A DNA stretch of 64,000 nucleotides from Chloroflexia bacterium (GCA_043427975.1 JBHWTK010000026.1:915-64914), one strand, 5' to 3'; positions 8,099-18,245 are shown, counted from the first letter of the stretch. Made by a program: numbers and translations. The notes: generated by a model from the letters alone, not told the origin.

Positions 8099-9082
8099 TT
8101 ACTTCTCCAGATACAGAACGCGCCGGACAGCGCTTATCACATGATCCATGGTGGGGAATCCGGCCACTTCCAGGTTGCGAGCGTAGGGGGCCGGCACTTC
8201 GGCACCGGATACGCGCTCAACCGGCGCATCCAGGTAATCGAACGCCTCGTGCTGCAGCACAGCACACACCTCGGAAGCGACGCTGAAGTAGCGCCACTGT
8301 TCCTGCACCACTACCGCGCGGTTGGTCTTCTTCACCGAGTTGACGAAAGTTTCCTTATCCAGCGGGCGGATTGAGCGCAGGTCAATCACCTCGGCGCTGA
8401 TCTCCTGCTCGGCCAGCTTGTCGGCTACCTTCAGCAGCAGCGGCACCTGGCGTCCGTAGGCGATAAGGGTCACATCGGTGCCCTCGCGCGCGACACGGGC
8501 CTTGCCAAACTCGACGGTTTCGTCACCTTCGGGTACTTCGCCCTTGGTGCCGTACAGGGCACCGGCCTCGAGGAAGATCACCGGGTTGGGGTCGCGGATC
8601 GCCTCGAGCATCATGCCCTTCACATCGGCGGGCGTGGCCGGGCTCACAACCTTCAGGCCGGGGAAGTGGCCGTAAAAGCCCTCCAGGCTGTGGGTATGCT
8701 GGGCGCTCAGTTGTACACCACCACCGTTGGGGCCGCGCACCACCAGGGGCACGTTCACCTGGCCGCCACTGAAGTAGTGGAGCTTGGCGGCGGTCTGGAT
8801 GATCTGGTCGGCAGCAAGGAAGCTGAAGTTCCAGGTCATCATCTCGACGATGGGCTTCAGGCCGGCCATGGCCATACCGATGGCTGCCCCGGTGAATCCA
8901 CCCTCGGCGATAGGGGTATCGATAACGCGTTTCGGGCCGAACTGGTCGATGAGGCCGTTGGTGACGAGGTGGGTACCGCCATAGAGACCGATATCCTCAC
9001 CCAGCAGCACGATGGATTCATCGCGCTCCATTTCTTCAGCCATCGCACTGCGCAGCGCATCGCGATAGGTCATGACGGGCAT
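8099..9082 (-). CDS. pdhB: Pyruvate/2-oxoacid dehydrogenase E1 beta subunit
   Basis: 327 aa with a transketolase-like pyrimidine-binding pattern (VIDTPIAEGGFTGAAIGMAMAG...). Lies 3 nt upstream of E2. Confidence 0.96.
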   Translation of the reverse strand: MPVMTYRDALRSAMAEEMERDESIVLLGEDIGLYGGTHLVTNGLIDQFGPKRVIDTPIAEGGFTGAAIGMAMAGLKPIVEMMTWNFSFLAADQIIQTAAKLHYFSGGQVNVPLVVRGPNGGGVQLSAQHTHSLEGFYGHFPGLKVVSPATPADVKGMMLEAIRDPNPVIFLEAGALYGTKGEVPEGDETVEFGKARVAREGTDVTLIAYGRQVPLLLKVADKLAEQEISAEVIDLRSIRPLDKETFVNSVKKTNRAVVVQEQWRYFSVASEVCAVLQHEAFDYLDAPVERVSGAEVPAPYARNLEVAGFPTMDHVISAVRRVLYLEK

Positions 9083-9133
9083 GAGCTGAAATCCTTTCCA
9101 AGAGGGAGCAGAAGCTCCGTGAATGCCAGGTGA

Positions 9134-10444
9134 TTAGCCCGCCGGTTCGATATAGGTATCGTCGGCGTACACATCGGTCAACAGTTCGGAGAGATCCGGT
9201 TCCGGGCTTTCCTCGGCAAACTTCACGGCCTCGTCGGCCTTGGCCTTGGCTTCGGCGCGGATGGTTTCCAGGCGGTCTTCCTCGATGCCCATCTCAATCA
9301 GCTGCTGGTGGAGCAGGGGAATGGGATCCTTCTCGCGCCACTTGGCCACTTCTTCCTTGGAGCGGTACTGCTCCAGGAAGTCGGCGGCACCGTGCGGCAC
9401 AATCCGGTAGCTGAACGCCTCAATCGCGTAGGGCTTGCCGGTTTCGCGCACGCGCTCCTGCGCCTTTTCGGCCACAGCGAGCACGGCCTGGAGATCCATG
9501 CCGTCGACGCGCTCCCACTCGATGCCATAGCTCTCGAACTTGCGGCCGAGGTCAGTCATGGCCGTTGCGCGCTCGACGCTGGTACCCATGCCGTACTGGT
9601 TGTTCTCAAGGATGAAGAGGCAGGGGCACATGCCCGTTTTGCCCCACAGGCCGGCAAGGTTGGCAGCTTCATGGAAGGCACCGTTGTGGATGGCACCATC
9701 ACCGAGATAGAGCTGCACCACTTCATCGCCACCCTGGTAGCGCTTGCCATAGGCCATGCCCGGGCCGAGGGGAATGTGGCCACCCACAATACCGTAGCCA
9801 CCATACATGCCGCCTTCCGTATGGAAGAGGTGCATGGAGCCACCCTTGCCCTTCACGATACCGGTGCCCTTGCCGTAGAGCTCGGCCATCACGCGCTTCG
9901 GATCGGCACCCTGCAGGATCGCATGGGCGTGATCGCGATAGGCGGTGATGGTGATATCGCCCTCTTTCATGGCATTGATGAAACCGGTTGCTACGGCTTC
10001 CTGGCCGCTGTAGACGTGGAGGTAGCCACCGATTTTGCCCTGCCGGAACGCCCTGGTAGAGGCATCCTCGAACAGACGGATTTCCACCATCTTCTGGTAG
10101 AACCCGACAAGGGCTTCTGCGTCGTACGCCACTTGCGCCTGTCCTTCCGTATACGTATCGGCGGGGAATGTTGCCGGCGCCGTCGCCGGATCCAGCCGAT
10201 CCACACTGCTCGAAACTGGTTGCGCGCTTACTCCGGCCGTTTGCGCAGGATATGTACCTTCGCTACCAGGCCCGAGGTAGGCGCGTTGCGCCGGGGTGGC
10301 GCCTGCGTGATGTGCGTATCGCTCCCGCACAGCGGTTCTGGTGGTGATTGTACCGTATGATGCAACCTTAACTCTCATAGCCCTTCGGCCAGCTATCATG
10401 AGAATAATGAATACAATAGGGATTAACAGGCGCTGATACTGCAT
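9134..10444 (-). CDS. pdhA: Pyruvate/2-oxoacid dehydrogenase E1 alpha subunit (start uncertain)
   Basis: TPP motif YLGDGAIHNGAFHEAANLA. The 436-aa maximal ORF has a ~90-aa N-terminal extension; an alternative ATG at 10378 (MRVKV) has GAAGGG upstream. Confidence 0.9.
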   Translation of the reverse strand: MQYQRLLIPIVFIILMIAGRRAMRVKVASYGTITTRTAVRERYAHHAGATPAQRAYLGPGSEGTYPAQTAGVSAQPVSSSVDRLDPATAPATFPADTYTEGQAQVAYDAEALVGFYQKMVEIRLFEDASTRAFRQGKIGGYLHVYSGQEAVATGFINAMKEGDITITAYRDHAHAILQGADPKRVMAELYGKGTGIVKGKGGSMHLFHTEGGMYGGYGIVGGHIPLGPGMAYGKRYQGGDEVVQLYLGDGAIHNGAFHEAANLAGLWGKTGMCPCLFILENNQYGMGTSVERATAMTDLGRKFESYGIEWERVDGMDLQAVLAVAEKAQERVRETGKPYAIEAFSYRIVPHGAADFLEQYRSKEEVAKWREKDPIPLLHQQLIEMGIEEDRLETIRAEAKAKADEAVKFAEESPEPDLSELLTDVYADDTYIEPAG

Positions 10445-10678
10445 GTGGAAACGCCTTCTTTAGTTATTTAGCCCAAGTGGCAGTAGACGTGGCGAAAACG
10501 TGCATGTTACAGAAACATGACGAACTGCAAAAGGGGCATTTTCCCGACATAAATCCGCATAAGTGTTCCGTATGATACCAACAGGGACTACTAGAACAGA
10601 GCGCCTGCCTGACCACCCAACCGGGAGGTTGATCCAGGTACGGGCGCATTTCGATTACAGAGATCCCGGAGGTGGGTC

Positions 10679-11641
10679 ATGGAAGTATCGCGTCGTAGCT
10701 TCGTTAGGTCTGGATTGATCACCGTTGGGATTCTCGCTTCTCCCGCTCATGGTTTTGGTCGGGCGCAAACACCCCTGACACCTCCCGCAAACGGTGTTCT
10801 TGCAAACCCTCTTGATGCCCTGGACGGAGAGAAAATCCGGGCAGTCATTAACGGTGAACGCGTCGTCGTACGGCTCATTGGCTGCGATGCCCCGGAGCCA
10901 GAGGTGGAGGAGAACACCACAGAATGCGGCTTTGCTGAATCTCGATGGGCCCTGGCCAATGCAGTCGCTGGTCGCACGCTTCTCCTGGAAGCGGACAAAG
11001 AAGATAAGGACAGCAAGGGTCGTCTGTGGCGCCATGTTTGGCTCGTGAATGCTGATGGGACTGACGGTGGACTACTGAACCAACAACTCCTGCAGCAAGG
11101 ATGGGTAACAACTCAAGAAGAAGAACTCAACGTCAAGTACGCCGATGTTTATGCTTCGGCAGCCAAAGAGGCGAAAACAGGTAAAGCCGGCGTATTGGCG
11201 ACGTGCTCGGGGTTCCACCAGGAAACGAACCGCCGCGGCGGCCACGATGATCCGGCTTTGGTTGGTGAGGTAGTCCAGGTGAAGGGTGTTCAAGCAATAC
11301 TGAACAGTTACTACTTCTCCTGGGCCGATGCTCTGGGCCTTGCTCCGACCGGAGGATACAAGTTCCTCATGTTGAACTTCACATTCACCAATGTGAGGGA
11401 AACAGGAAAATTCGATTACTACTGGGAGAAAATCGCAGGTAAGGATCTAGATACCGGGGCTGACTATGACAATCCCGATCTGATCTTTCTCAATACTGGA
11501 ACGGAAGCAGCAGAGCTAAGTCCAGGCGAATATGCAATCGTGGAAACGGCAGTAGAGGTGCAGGAAACGGCAACAAATATTCGCGTGAAGTACACCGTAG
11601 AAGGCGATTATGCCCTCTACTGGCTTACCCCGGTCTACTAG
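10679..11641 (+). CDS. Secreted thermonuclease (SNase-like) fused to a DUF4352-like Ig domain
   Basis: Tat-type signal SRRSFVRSGLITVGILASPAHG. SNase-like core (VRLIGCDAPE...GRLWRHVW...NQQLLQQGW). C-terminal YKFLMLNFTFTNV... resembles DUF4352. GGAGGTGGG RBS. Confidence 0.8.
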   Translation: MEVSRRSFVRSGLITVGILASPAHGFGRAQTPLTPPANGVLANPLDALDGEKIRAVINGERVVVRLIGCDAPEPEVEENTTECGFAESRWALANAVAGRTLLLEADKEDKDSKGRLWRHVWLVNADGTDGGLLNQQLLQQGWVTTQEEELNVKYADVYASAAKEAKTGKAGVLATCSGFHQETNRRGGHDDPALVGEVVQVKGVQAILNSYYFSWADALGLAPTGGYKFLMLNFTFTNVRETGKFDYYWEKIAGKDLDTGADYDNPDLIFLNTGTEAAELSPGEYAIVETAVEVQETATNIRVKYTVEGDYALYWLTPVY

Positions 11642-11683
11642 TTTGTTCCTGCGAAACGACCGTGTGGGCTTAACAGAGAGGAT

Positions 11684-12136
11684 ATGATCATGGCTACCGA
11701 GGCAACACTTCCGCATAACGTCTACATCTCTACGCAAAGTCACAATCACTCGCTGGTCACGCGGGCCTTCTGGTTCCTGTTCGTAGGATGGTGGCTCTCG
11801 GCGCTATTCATGTTCATGGGCCTTGTCGGTATCGCATCAATTTTCCTTGCACCGGTAGGATTCTGGTTTATCAACCGGGTGCCGAAGGTGCAGACGTTGA
11901 GAAGCCGAAGTACTCATTGGGAGTACACGGAGCAGGAGGGAACAACCTACATCAGTGAACGCCGCGCCCGGCAGCATCCCTGGTACCTGCGCCTGCTGTA
12001 CTTGCCGATCGGTTTTACCCTCGGGCTTGTCTGGCTTTCGATCGCGTGGCTGGTGAGCTTGCCAATCATTACGTTGCCCCTCTCTGTCTGGATGGTCGAT
12101 CGCGCGCCGGCCATTATTACGCTCGAGAAGAACTAG
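11684..12136 (+). CDS. YccF-like (DUF307 repeat) inner membrane protein
   Basis: Two hydrophobic repeats (FWFLFVGWWLSALFMFMGLVGIASIFLAPVGFWF and LPIGFTLGLVWLSIAWLVSLPIITLPLSVW). The start may be ATG 11690 (RBS AGAGAGGA). Confidence 0.72.
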   Translation: MIMATEATLPHNVYISTQSHNHSLVTRAFWFLFVGWWLSALFMFMGLVGIASIFLAPVGFWFINRVPKVQTLRSRSTHWEYTEQEGTTYISERRARQHPWYLRLLYLPIGFTLGLVWLSIAWLVSLPIITLPLSVWMVDRAPAIITLEKN

Positions 12137-12158
12137 CTCGATCATCCAAATAATTGGC

Positions 12159-12196
12159 GAAGGCGGCAGGCATCCATGTGCCTGCCGCCTTCTTTT
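12159..12196. terminator. Bidirectional terminator between convergent genes
   Basis: GAAGGCGGCAGGCA-TCCATG-TGCCTGCCGCCTTC, 14-bp stem, followed by TTTT. Confidence 0.7.
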
Positions 12197-12216
12197 CCTG
12201 CCTCACCCGGCCCGGG

Positions 12217-12762
12217 TTAGTTGACCGGCTCTACCGCCACATAGATGGTGCAAATGCTGTCGTCGGCGTCGGGGCCGAATGTGTACAACTCCACATCGCC
12301 GGTAAAGGTGCGCTGCCAGGGGATGGTGCCATCCGCAAACTGGTTCAGCAGCCAGGTCCACGCCGCCGGAATGGTGCTATGGAACGGACCCGATACCTCC
12401 AGCGCCAGGAAGGTGCCGGGCGGCACTTCCACCATGCCGACATCCTCGGGCAGGTCTTCGCCACCGGTTACGCGCATGCCCATGGTGTACCTGTACAGCG
12501 GATCGTGCGTGTGCAGGTTGGTGAAATGGGTATAGGCGCTGGCCATTTGCCCGGCCGGGTGAGCGTGCAGCATGCCCACGTTCAGGGGCTGTTCCATCAT
12601 CTTGTGGATCACGCGGCTGATCGGGCTGGTGCCCGGCTCGGCCCGGAGCTCGATGCTGTTGCTCGTGTCTGCCTGGTACCCGGCGACAAGGATGGGCATG
12701 CCGATGGTAACGAGCTTGAGTTGCTGCGATGAAAACGTGGGGCCCGATCCATTGGTGTGCAT
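12217..12762 (-). CDS. GyrI-like small-molecule-binding domain protein
   Basis: 181 aa with the pattern of an AraC-effector/GyrI-like fold (...PPGTFLALEVSGPFHSTIPAAWTWLLNQF...GDVELY...). Recognition by eye only. Confidence 0.7.
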   Translation of the reverse strand: MHTNGSGPTFSSQQLKLVTIGMPILVAGYQADTSNSIELRAEPGTSPISRVIHKMMEQPLNVGMLHAHPAGQMASAYTHFTNLHTHDPLYRYTMGMRVTGGEDLPEDVGMVEVPPGTFLALEVSGPFHSTIPAAWTWLLNQFADGTIPWQRTFTGDVELYTFGPDADDSICTIYVAVEPVN

Positions 12763-12920
12763 CTCAACCTCCCGGCATAGGTGCGACCCGCCATGGCCAC
12801 AACCCGCGGATATGGGCTAGGCCCGGCGCGAATGCGATCACATGTTCTATTCCTGAATTGTAGCACTCGCAACGCCGGTTTGGTGACACCCTCCCCACGT
12901 GCATCCCCGGCTACAACTGT

Positions 12921-12963
12921 GCCGAAAACAGAACCGGCCCGACCGGCGGATACCGGTCGGGCC
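12921..12963 (-). terminator. Terminator of the 12976-13428 gene
   Basis: GGCCCGACCGG-CGGATA-CCGGTCGGGCC (12936-12963), followed on the minus strand by GGTTCTGTTTTCGGC. Confidence 0.65.
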
Positions 12964-12975
12964 AGGGCGGCGACA

Positions 12976-13428
12976 CTACTCGCCGGATTTCTCGAATGAT
13001 GCGGCGTGCTCGGCCTCGGCGGCGAGGGCGTTCAACTGCTCGCTCAGGCGAGAACCGCTGGCGTGCAGCGCGTAACCAACCTGCGGACGGGCGGGCTTGC
13101 GCCTCCAGGGCGTGGCCTTGCGCTGCTCTTCATAGCTCGGTGGAGCCACATGGAACTGCTCGAAGCGCTCGGGATCAAGCACGTCCTTGCCGGTGGCATC
13201 GAACACATCCAGAATCTCCTGCGCCGTGCGGTACTGGGTGGAGGGACGCCGTGGACCTTCCTCCGGGATCGGTACCGGCAGGACTCCTCGCTCCGGCACG
13301 GTGGATACATCGGGCAACTGGCCCGGTTGTTGCGGGCTCCGCACGGCCCCAGGTGCCACGGGCGCAAAAGGTCGATCGGTATTCACCTGGTTGCCGATGT
13401 TTGCGTATTTGCGAAGGACAAATGCCAT
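12976..13428 (-). CDS. Hypothetical Pro-rich protein
   Basis: The maximal ORF runs to 13527. ATG 13428 (MAFVLRKYANIG) was chosen to avoid the divergent promoter region. No family recognised and the RBS is weak. Confidence 0.45.
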   Translation of the reverse strand: MAFVLRKYANIGNQVNTDRPFAPVAPGAVRSPQQPGQLPDVSTVPERGVLPVPIPEEGPRRPSTQYRTAQEILDVFDATGKDVLDPERFEQFHVAPPSYEEQRKATPWRRKPARPQVGYALHASGSRLSEQLNALAAEAEHAASFEKSGE

Positions 13429-13535
13429 GATGCCGAAAACTCCCTGAATACACGGCCTCTCGTACGGGCATTGTAGCATTGTCGAATACCAGTCCAGGCT
13501 CCAGCGCCGTCCAACACGATGCATCAAGGAGGACC

Positions 13536-14867
13536 ATGAAGCGATACTTGCCGTTCTCGGTGTACGACCTTAAAGACAGCCTCTGGTACCGCCCCGGGTT
13601 GATGACGGCGGCTGCGCTGATCCTTTCCTTTCTTACCCTGCAGTTGGATAACTGGCTCTTCGGCACGCAGCGTGTGGAACTACCATGGCTTTTCGGGGGA
13701 GGCAGCGAAGGGGCCCGTGGGGTACTCACCGCAATTGCCAGCACCATGATCACAGTTGCCACCACCGCATTCTCCGTGACGCTGGTGGCCCTGCAGCTCG
13801 GATCGAGCCAGTTTTCTCCACGTATCCTGCGAAGTTTCACCGGCGATGTCGGCAACCAGATGGTGCTGGGCATCTTCATTGCCACCTTTGCGTACTCGCT
13901 ATCGGTGCTTCGCTCGGTTCGGTCCCAACGGGAAGATTTCGAAGCGTTCGTCCCGACTGTCAGCGTCTCGGTGGCGGTGCTTCTGGCCTTTGTATCAGTA
14001 GGCTCCCTCATCTACTTTTTTCATCACGCCACCCGTACCATCCAGGCATCGGTGGTAATTGATCGCACCCTAAGCGATACCAGTGGGCTGATAGAGCAAC
14101 AGGCCACCTGGCTTGGAGAACCCGGCAGGCGCCTGTTGCAGGAACCACTGGCCCTGCCAGCATCGTTCCGGATGCTGGGCACGGTTGCATCTACTCGCGC
14201 CGGTTACCTGCAAAACGTTAATCACCAGGCACTGTCGCAGGTGGCGACAGCCCATTCGGTGATCATTCGGTTGCAGCCGCGTATCGGCGATTACCTGAAC
14301 ACTGGCACACCGCTCGCCACTATCTGGCAGGAGGCCGGGGCCGAACCGGCAGAAGGCGAGCAGGATACGCCGCTCTCCGAGGCAATACAGGACTGTTTCA
14401 CGATCGGCATGGAGCGCACGCTGGAGCGCGATGCGCTGTTTGGCATGCAGCAGCTTACCGATATCGCCCTGCTCGCACTATCACCCGGAACAAACGATCC
14501 CACCACTGCGGTTGGCGTGATCGACGGTATAGGCACGGCGCTTATCAGGTCGACATGTGTTACCGGCGCGGAAGTCGTCTGCACCGATGACGGTGCGATC
14601 CGGCTTATCTACCCGGTACCGGGCTTCGGCGATTACCTGCGCATTCCGTTCGACCAGATTCGGTACTACGGCTCCAACGATCCATATGTCGTCATGCATG
14701 TGTTGCGCACCCTGGAGGTGGTGGCCCGTGAAGTGGGGCCAGATTACGCGCCGGAGCTGAAGCGCGTCGCGCTGGATTACGAGGAATCGGCCGCGAGGCA
14801 AAACTGGATTCCGGCCGATACTGCCCGCGTGTGCCAGGCTGCTGCCTGGGCACAGTCACCCGGCTAA
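13536..14867 (+). CDS. DUF2254 family membrane protein
   Basis: ATG 13536 has a strong AAGGAGGA RBS. The N-terminus MKRYLPFSVYDLKDSLWYRPGLM plus TM helices match the DUF2254 pattern. Confidence 0.8.
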   Translation: MKRYLPFSVYDLKDSLWYRPGLMTAAALILSFLTLQLDNWLFGTQRVELPWLFGGGSEGARGVLTAIASTMITVATTAFSVTLVALQLGSSQFSPRILRSFTGDVGNQMVLGIFIATFAYSLSVLRSVRSQREDFEAFVPTVSVSVAVLLAFVSVGSLIYFFHHATRTIQASVVIDRTLSDTSGLIEQQATWLGEPGRRLLQEPLALPASFRMLGTVASTRAGYLQNVNHQALSQVATAHSVIIRLQPRIGDYLNTGTPLATIWQEAGAEPAEGEQDTPLSEAIQDCFTIGMERTLERDALFGMQQLTDIALLALSPGTNDPTTAVGVIDGIGTALIRSTCVTGAEVVCTDDGAIRLIYPVPGFGDYLRIPFDQIRYYGSNDPYVVMHVLRTLEVVAREVGPDYAPELKRVALDYEESAARQNWIPADTARVCQAAAWAQSPG

Positions 14868-14975
14868 TTGATCCCTCGTCCTCCCGTGTTCTCAGCCCGG
14901 AATACGGACACGCGCTGTCCCTGGTCTGGGTGACACGATGCCTCGACACGTTCGCGATTCCACCAGGGTACCCGC

Positions 14976-16229
14976 GTGAGTTCAGGAACCGATACATCCA
15001 CCACGACCGCCCCAACACCTGCCCGTCAGGGTGGGTTCGCGGCGCTGCGCGACCGCTTTTTCGCCAATTACATCGCCGCCTACGCGCTTTCCATGACCGG
15101 CATGATAGTACGCGTGACTGCCATGGGGTACCTGGTGTACGACCTCACCGGCGATCCATTCCTGCTGGGCGTGATGAGTTTCGCGCAGGTGGCGCCAGAG
15201 ATCATCTTCGGGCCGGTGGCTGCCGCCGTGCTGGACCGGCTGGACCGGCGTCGGCTGCTGATCATCATCCAGGTGGTGTATGTGATCGGCATGCTCACCC
15301 TCATGGCCCTGATTGGGCTGGAAGTGGTGGAGTTCTGGCACCTGGTGGTGATCGGCTTCATTCTCGGCACCGGCGCATCGTTCGATTGGCCGGCACGCAT
15401 GGCGCTGGTGCCGACATTGGTTGATCGACCCCTGCTTTCCAGCGCGGTCGCGATCAATGCGGCAACGTTCAATGGCGCCCGGGTGATTGGTCCCTCGCTG
15501 GGCGGCTGGCTGATTGGGCTCGTTGGGGTGATGTGGTGTTTTGGCGTGTATGCGCTGGCATTGCTGCCCTTTATCGCCATGCTGGTGGTGATGCCGAAGA
15601 ATCGACGCCCGGTGGCGCGACGAACAGGCGGATCCCCCTGGAGCGAACTTCGCGACGGGTACCGCTATATATGGGAGCACAAGCCGATTCGCGCCATGCT
15701 CACGGTGGATATCGTGCCGATCATGCTGGGCATGAGCTATATCACCATGGCCCCGGCCTTCGCACGTGATGTGCTGGATATGGGCAGCGAGGGGCTGGGG
15801 TACCTGCTGAGTGGCAGCGGGTTTGGATCGTTGCTGGGCACGCTGCTGGTGGCGCGCATGAGCGGCATGGGTGGCCGCGGCATGGTGGTAACCGTTGGGG
15901 TCGGGCTGTTCGGCGTGGCGCTGATCGCGTTCGGGCTCTCGTCCACGCTGGTGGCTGCGATGGCCATGATCGTGGTGGTCGGGCTGGTGTACGGCATCTA
16001 CAGCACCATGAACGACACGCTGATTCAATCAACAGTGGATGACGATTACCGTGGCCGTGTTTCGGCAACCTATTCGATGATCTGGGGGCTGTCGCCAGTA
16101 GGCGGGCTGATCGCCGGCTCGCTGGCAAACTACGTCGGCGTGCAGTGGGCCATTGCCATTTGCGGCATGCTGGTGATCGCCTACCTGCCGTACCTGTGGT
16201 TCTTCACCCCGTTGCGCCGCGTGGAGTAG
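14976..16229 (+). CDS. MFS transporter (EntS/MFS_3-like)
   Basis: GTG start, 417 aa, about 12 TM segments. N-terminus LRDRFFANYIAAYALSMTGMIVRVTAMGYLVYDLTGDPFLLG. Confidence 0.9.
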   Translation: MSSGTDTSTTTAPTPARQGGFAALRDRFFANYIAAYALSMTGMIVRVTAMGYLVYDLTGDPFLLGVMSFAQVAPEIIFGPVAAAVLDRLDRRRLLIIIQVVYVIGMLTLMALIGLEVVEFWHLVVIGFILGTGASFDWPARMALVPTLVDRPLLSSAVAINAATFNGARVIGPSLGGWLIGLVGVMWCFGVYALALLPFIAMLVVMPKNRRPVARRTGGSPWSELRDGYRYIWEHKPIRAMLTVDIVPIMLGMSYITMAPAFARDVLDMGSEGLGYLLSGSGFGSLLGTLLVARMSGMGGRGMVVTVGVGLFGVALIAFGLSSTLVAAMAMIVVVGLVYGIYSTMNDTLIQSTVDDDYRGRVSATYSMIWGLSPVGGLIAGSLANYVGVQWAIAICGMLVIAYLPYLWFFTPLRRVE

Positions 16230-16324
16230 CAGGCCCATTGCAGGCACCGGCCTGTGAAAGTACCATGCCCACACCGACCCGTGCAGCGCCGCACATCTCC
16301 TCTTGCCCCTTGCCCGGATCGCGT

Positions 16325-17623
16325 ATGACCACTGCACCGCCTGTCCACCGTATTCCCTTCCTCAAGCACCGCCACTACGCCTGGATCATGTTCGGGGTGG
16401 TGTTTGTCATCCTGCTCGGGGCGTCCGGGTTCCGGTCGGCACCCGGTGTGCTCATGGTGCCGCTGCAGGAGGCGTTCGGCTGGGATCGGGGTACGATCTC
16501 GTTCGCGGTCAGCATCAACCTGGTGCTTTACGGTTTTATGGGTCCGTTCGCCGCTGCGCTGATGGAGCGGTTCCCAATGCGCATGGTGGTCTCTGTCGCA
16601 CTTCTCACCATCTCCAGCGGCGCGTTACTCACCCTTGCCATGACGGAACCCCTGCACCTCTACCTCACATGGGGCGTGATGGTGGGGTTGGGATCGGGCT
16701 CGATGGCGACGGTGCTGGCCGCGACGGTGGTGAGCCGCTGGTTTGTGGCGAAGCGTGGTTTGGCCATGGGGGCACTCACCGCGGCCAGCGCTACCGGTCA
16801 ACTTGTGTTCCTGCCGATCATCGCCAAACAGGCGAGTATCTTCGGTTGGCAGGCGGTATCGATCACCATCGCCGCAATGGCCTGGGCAGTGGTGCCGCTC
16901 GCGTTCATCTTCCTGCGGGATCGACCCGCCGACCTCGGCCTGGCCCGCTATGGCGCACCGACTGGCGATACGGTGGTGCGGGCACCAGGCAACCCGATTC
17001 GTCTGGCATGGAGCACCCTTGCCCAGGCGAGTCGATCGATAGATTTCTGGATCCTCAGCATCACGTTTTTCGTGTGCGGGGCAACCACGAACGGGCTTAT
17101 CGGAACGCACCTGATTCCGGCCGGCCACGACCACGGCATGAGCGAGGTGGCCGCGGCCAACCTGCTGGCGCTTATCGGCATTTTCGATGTGGTGGGCACC
17201 ATCGTCTCCGGCTGGCTGACCGACCGTATCGACCCGCGCAAACTCCTGTTTGCCTACTATGCGTTACGCGGCCTGAGCCTGTTGGCGCTCACGCATGTGC
17301 TGGGGAGCGTGAATTTCGGCTTGATTGCGTTCGTCGTGTTCTATGGGCTGGACTGGGTAGCCACCGTGCCACCCACGGTGGCGTTGTGCCAACAGATCTT
17401 CGGGCCGGGGAAGGGTTCAGTGGTCTACGGCTGGGTATTTAGCGCCCATCAGATTGGGGCCGCGCTGATTGCCTGGCTGGCCGGCTACACCCGCACCATC
17501 ACCGGTGATTACGTGATGGCGTTCTACACCGCCGGGGCGATGGCGATGATCGCGGCCATGATGATCTTGCTTATCCGGCTACCGGGACCGACACCAATTG
17601 TGACGGTGGGTGCCGGCGACTAG
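16325..17623 (+). CDS. MFS transporter (OFA/monocarboxylate-like)
   Basis: ATG 16325 (MTTAPPVHRIPFLKHRHYAWIMFGVVF) lies within the longer track ORF that would overlap the upstream MFS gene. About 12 TM segments. Confidence 0.88.
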   Translation: MTTAPPVHRIPFLKHRHYAWIMFGVVFVILLGASGFRSAPGVLMVPLQEAFGWDRGTISFAVSINLVLYGFMGPFAAALMERFPMRMVVSVALLTISSGALLTLAMTEPLHLYLTWGVMVGLGSGSMATVLAATVVSRWFVAKRGLAMGALTAASATGQLVFLPIIAKQASIFGWQAVSITIAAMAWAVVPLAFIFLRDRPADLGLARYGAPTGDTVVRAPGNPIRLAWSTLAQASRSIDFWILSITFFVCGATTNGLIGTHLIPAGHDHGMSEVAAANLLALIGIFDVVGTIVSGWLTDRIDPRKLLFAYYALRGLSLLALTHVLGSVNFGLIAFVVFYGLDWVATVPPTVALCQQIFGPGKGSVVYGWVFSAHQIGAALIAWLAGYTRTITGDYVMAFYTAGAMAMIAAMMILLIRLPGPTPIVTVGAGD

Positions 17624-17666
17624 CGACGTTACGAGATAACCGGTAACAACCCAACATCGGGCAGCC

Positions 17667-18107
17667 TTACGAATCGAAGTCGATTTGTGGTGCAGCACAC
17701 ACGGGGTTACCGGTTCCATAGAGGGTGAGATCGTATTTCAGTGTTTCGTCCGGATCGATCTCCAGGATCAGCTGGCTGTTGCTCACATTGCCGCCATCGA
17801 CACACTGCACCAGCAACCACGCGTTGGTAATGCGCTCGTCGCCGGCGTTTGTCACGGCCACGTTGACATCGATCTCCTTCTTGCCATCGACATCACGCGA
17901 TGCCAGCACGCTGAAGCCGCTGGCTTGCAACATTTGCCCCGATACGGCCTGGTTTGGAGCAGGATCGTCGCCGGGCACGTCGACCACGCCAAAGGCAATC
18001 AGGCCCATGGCGAGGGAAAACAGCAGTAACAAAACGGAAAACGCCGCCAGCACGACGATATAGCCGGGTAACGAGTTCCTGGGATCGGACGGTGGGTGGG
18101 CAGACAT
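17667..18107 (-). CDS. Membrane-anchored hypothetical protein
   Basis: ATG 18107 has GGAG 6 nt upstream. N-terminal TM helix YIVVLAAFSVLLLLFSLAMGLIAFGVV, then a ~100-aa beta-rich ectodomain with a Cys pair. Confidence 0.6.
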   Translation of the reverse strand: MSAHPPSDPRNSLPGYIVVLAAFSVLLLLFSLAMGLIAFGVVDVPGDDPAPNQAVSGQMLQASGFSVLASRDVDGKKEIDVNVAVTNAGDERITNAWLLVQCVDGGNVSNSQLILEIDPDETLKYDLTLYGTGNPVCAAPQIDFDS

Positions 18108-18245
18108 GAACAGCTCCGCAACGAATCGGTTGTCGCCACGTATTGTAGCCGCCTGCCGGGCACCCACAGCGGTATGGGCCATAGTAGGGTAAGAGAGCAT
18201 GGTAGGGTAGGGATATACCACTATTCCTCACCCGGAAGGAGACCC

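Noticed and set aside
18160-18232. GTAGGGTA-type short repeats (AGTAGGGTAAGAGAGCATGGTAGGGTAGGGATA) as a further REP family or a G-quadruplex.
   Set aside because: They are too short, have no hairpin partner, and contain only three G-runs. More likely this is ordinary divergent-promoter sequence.
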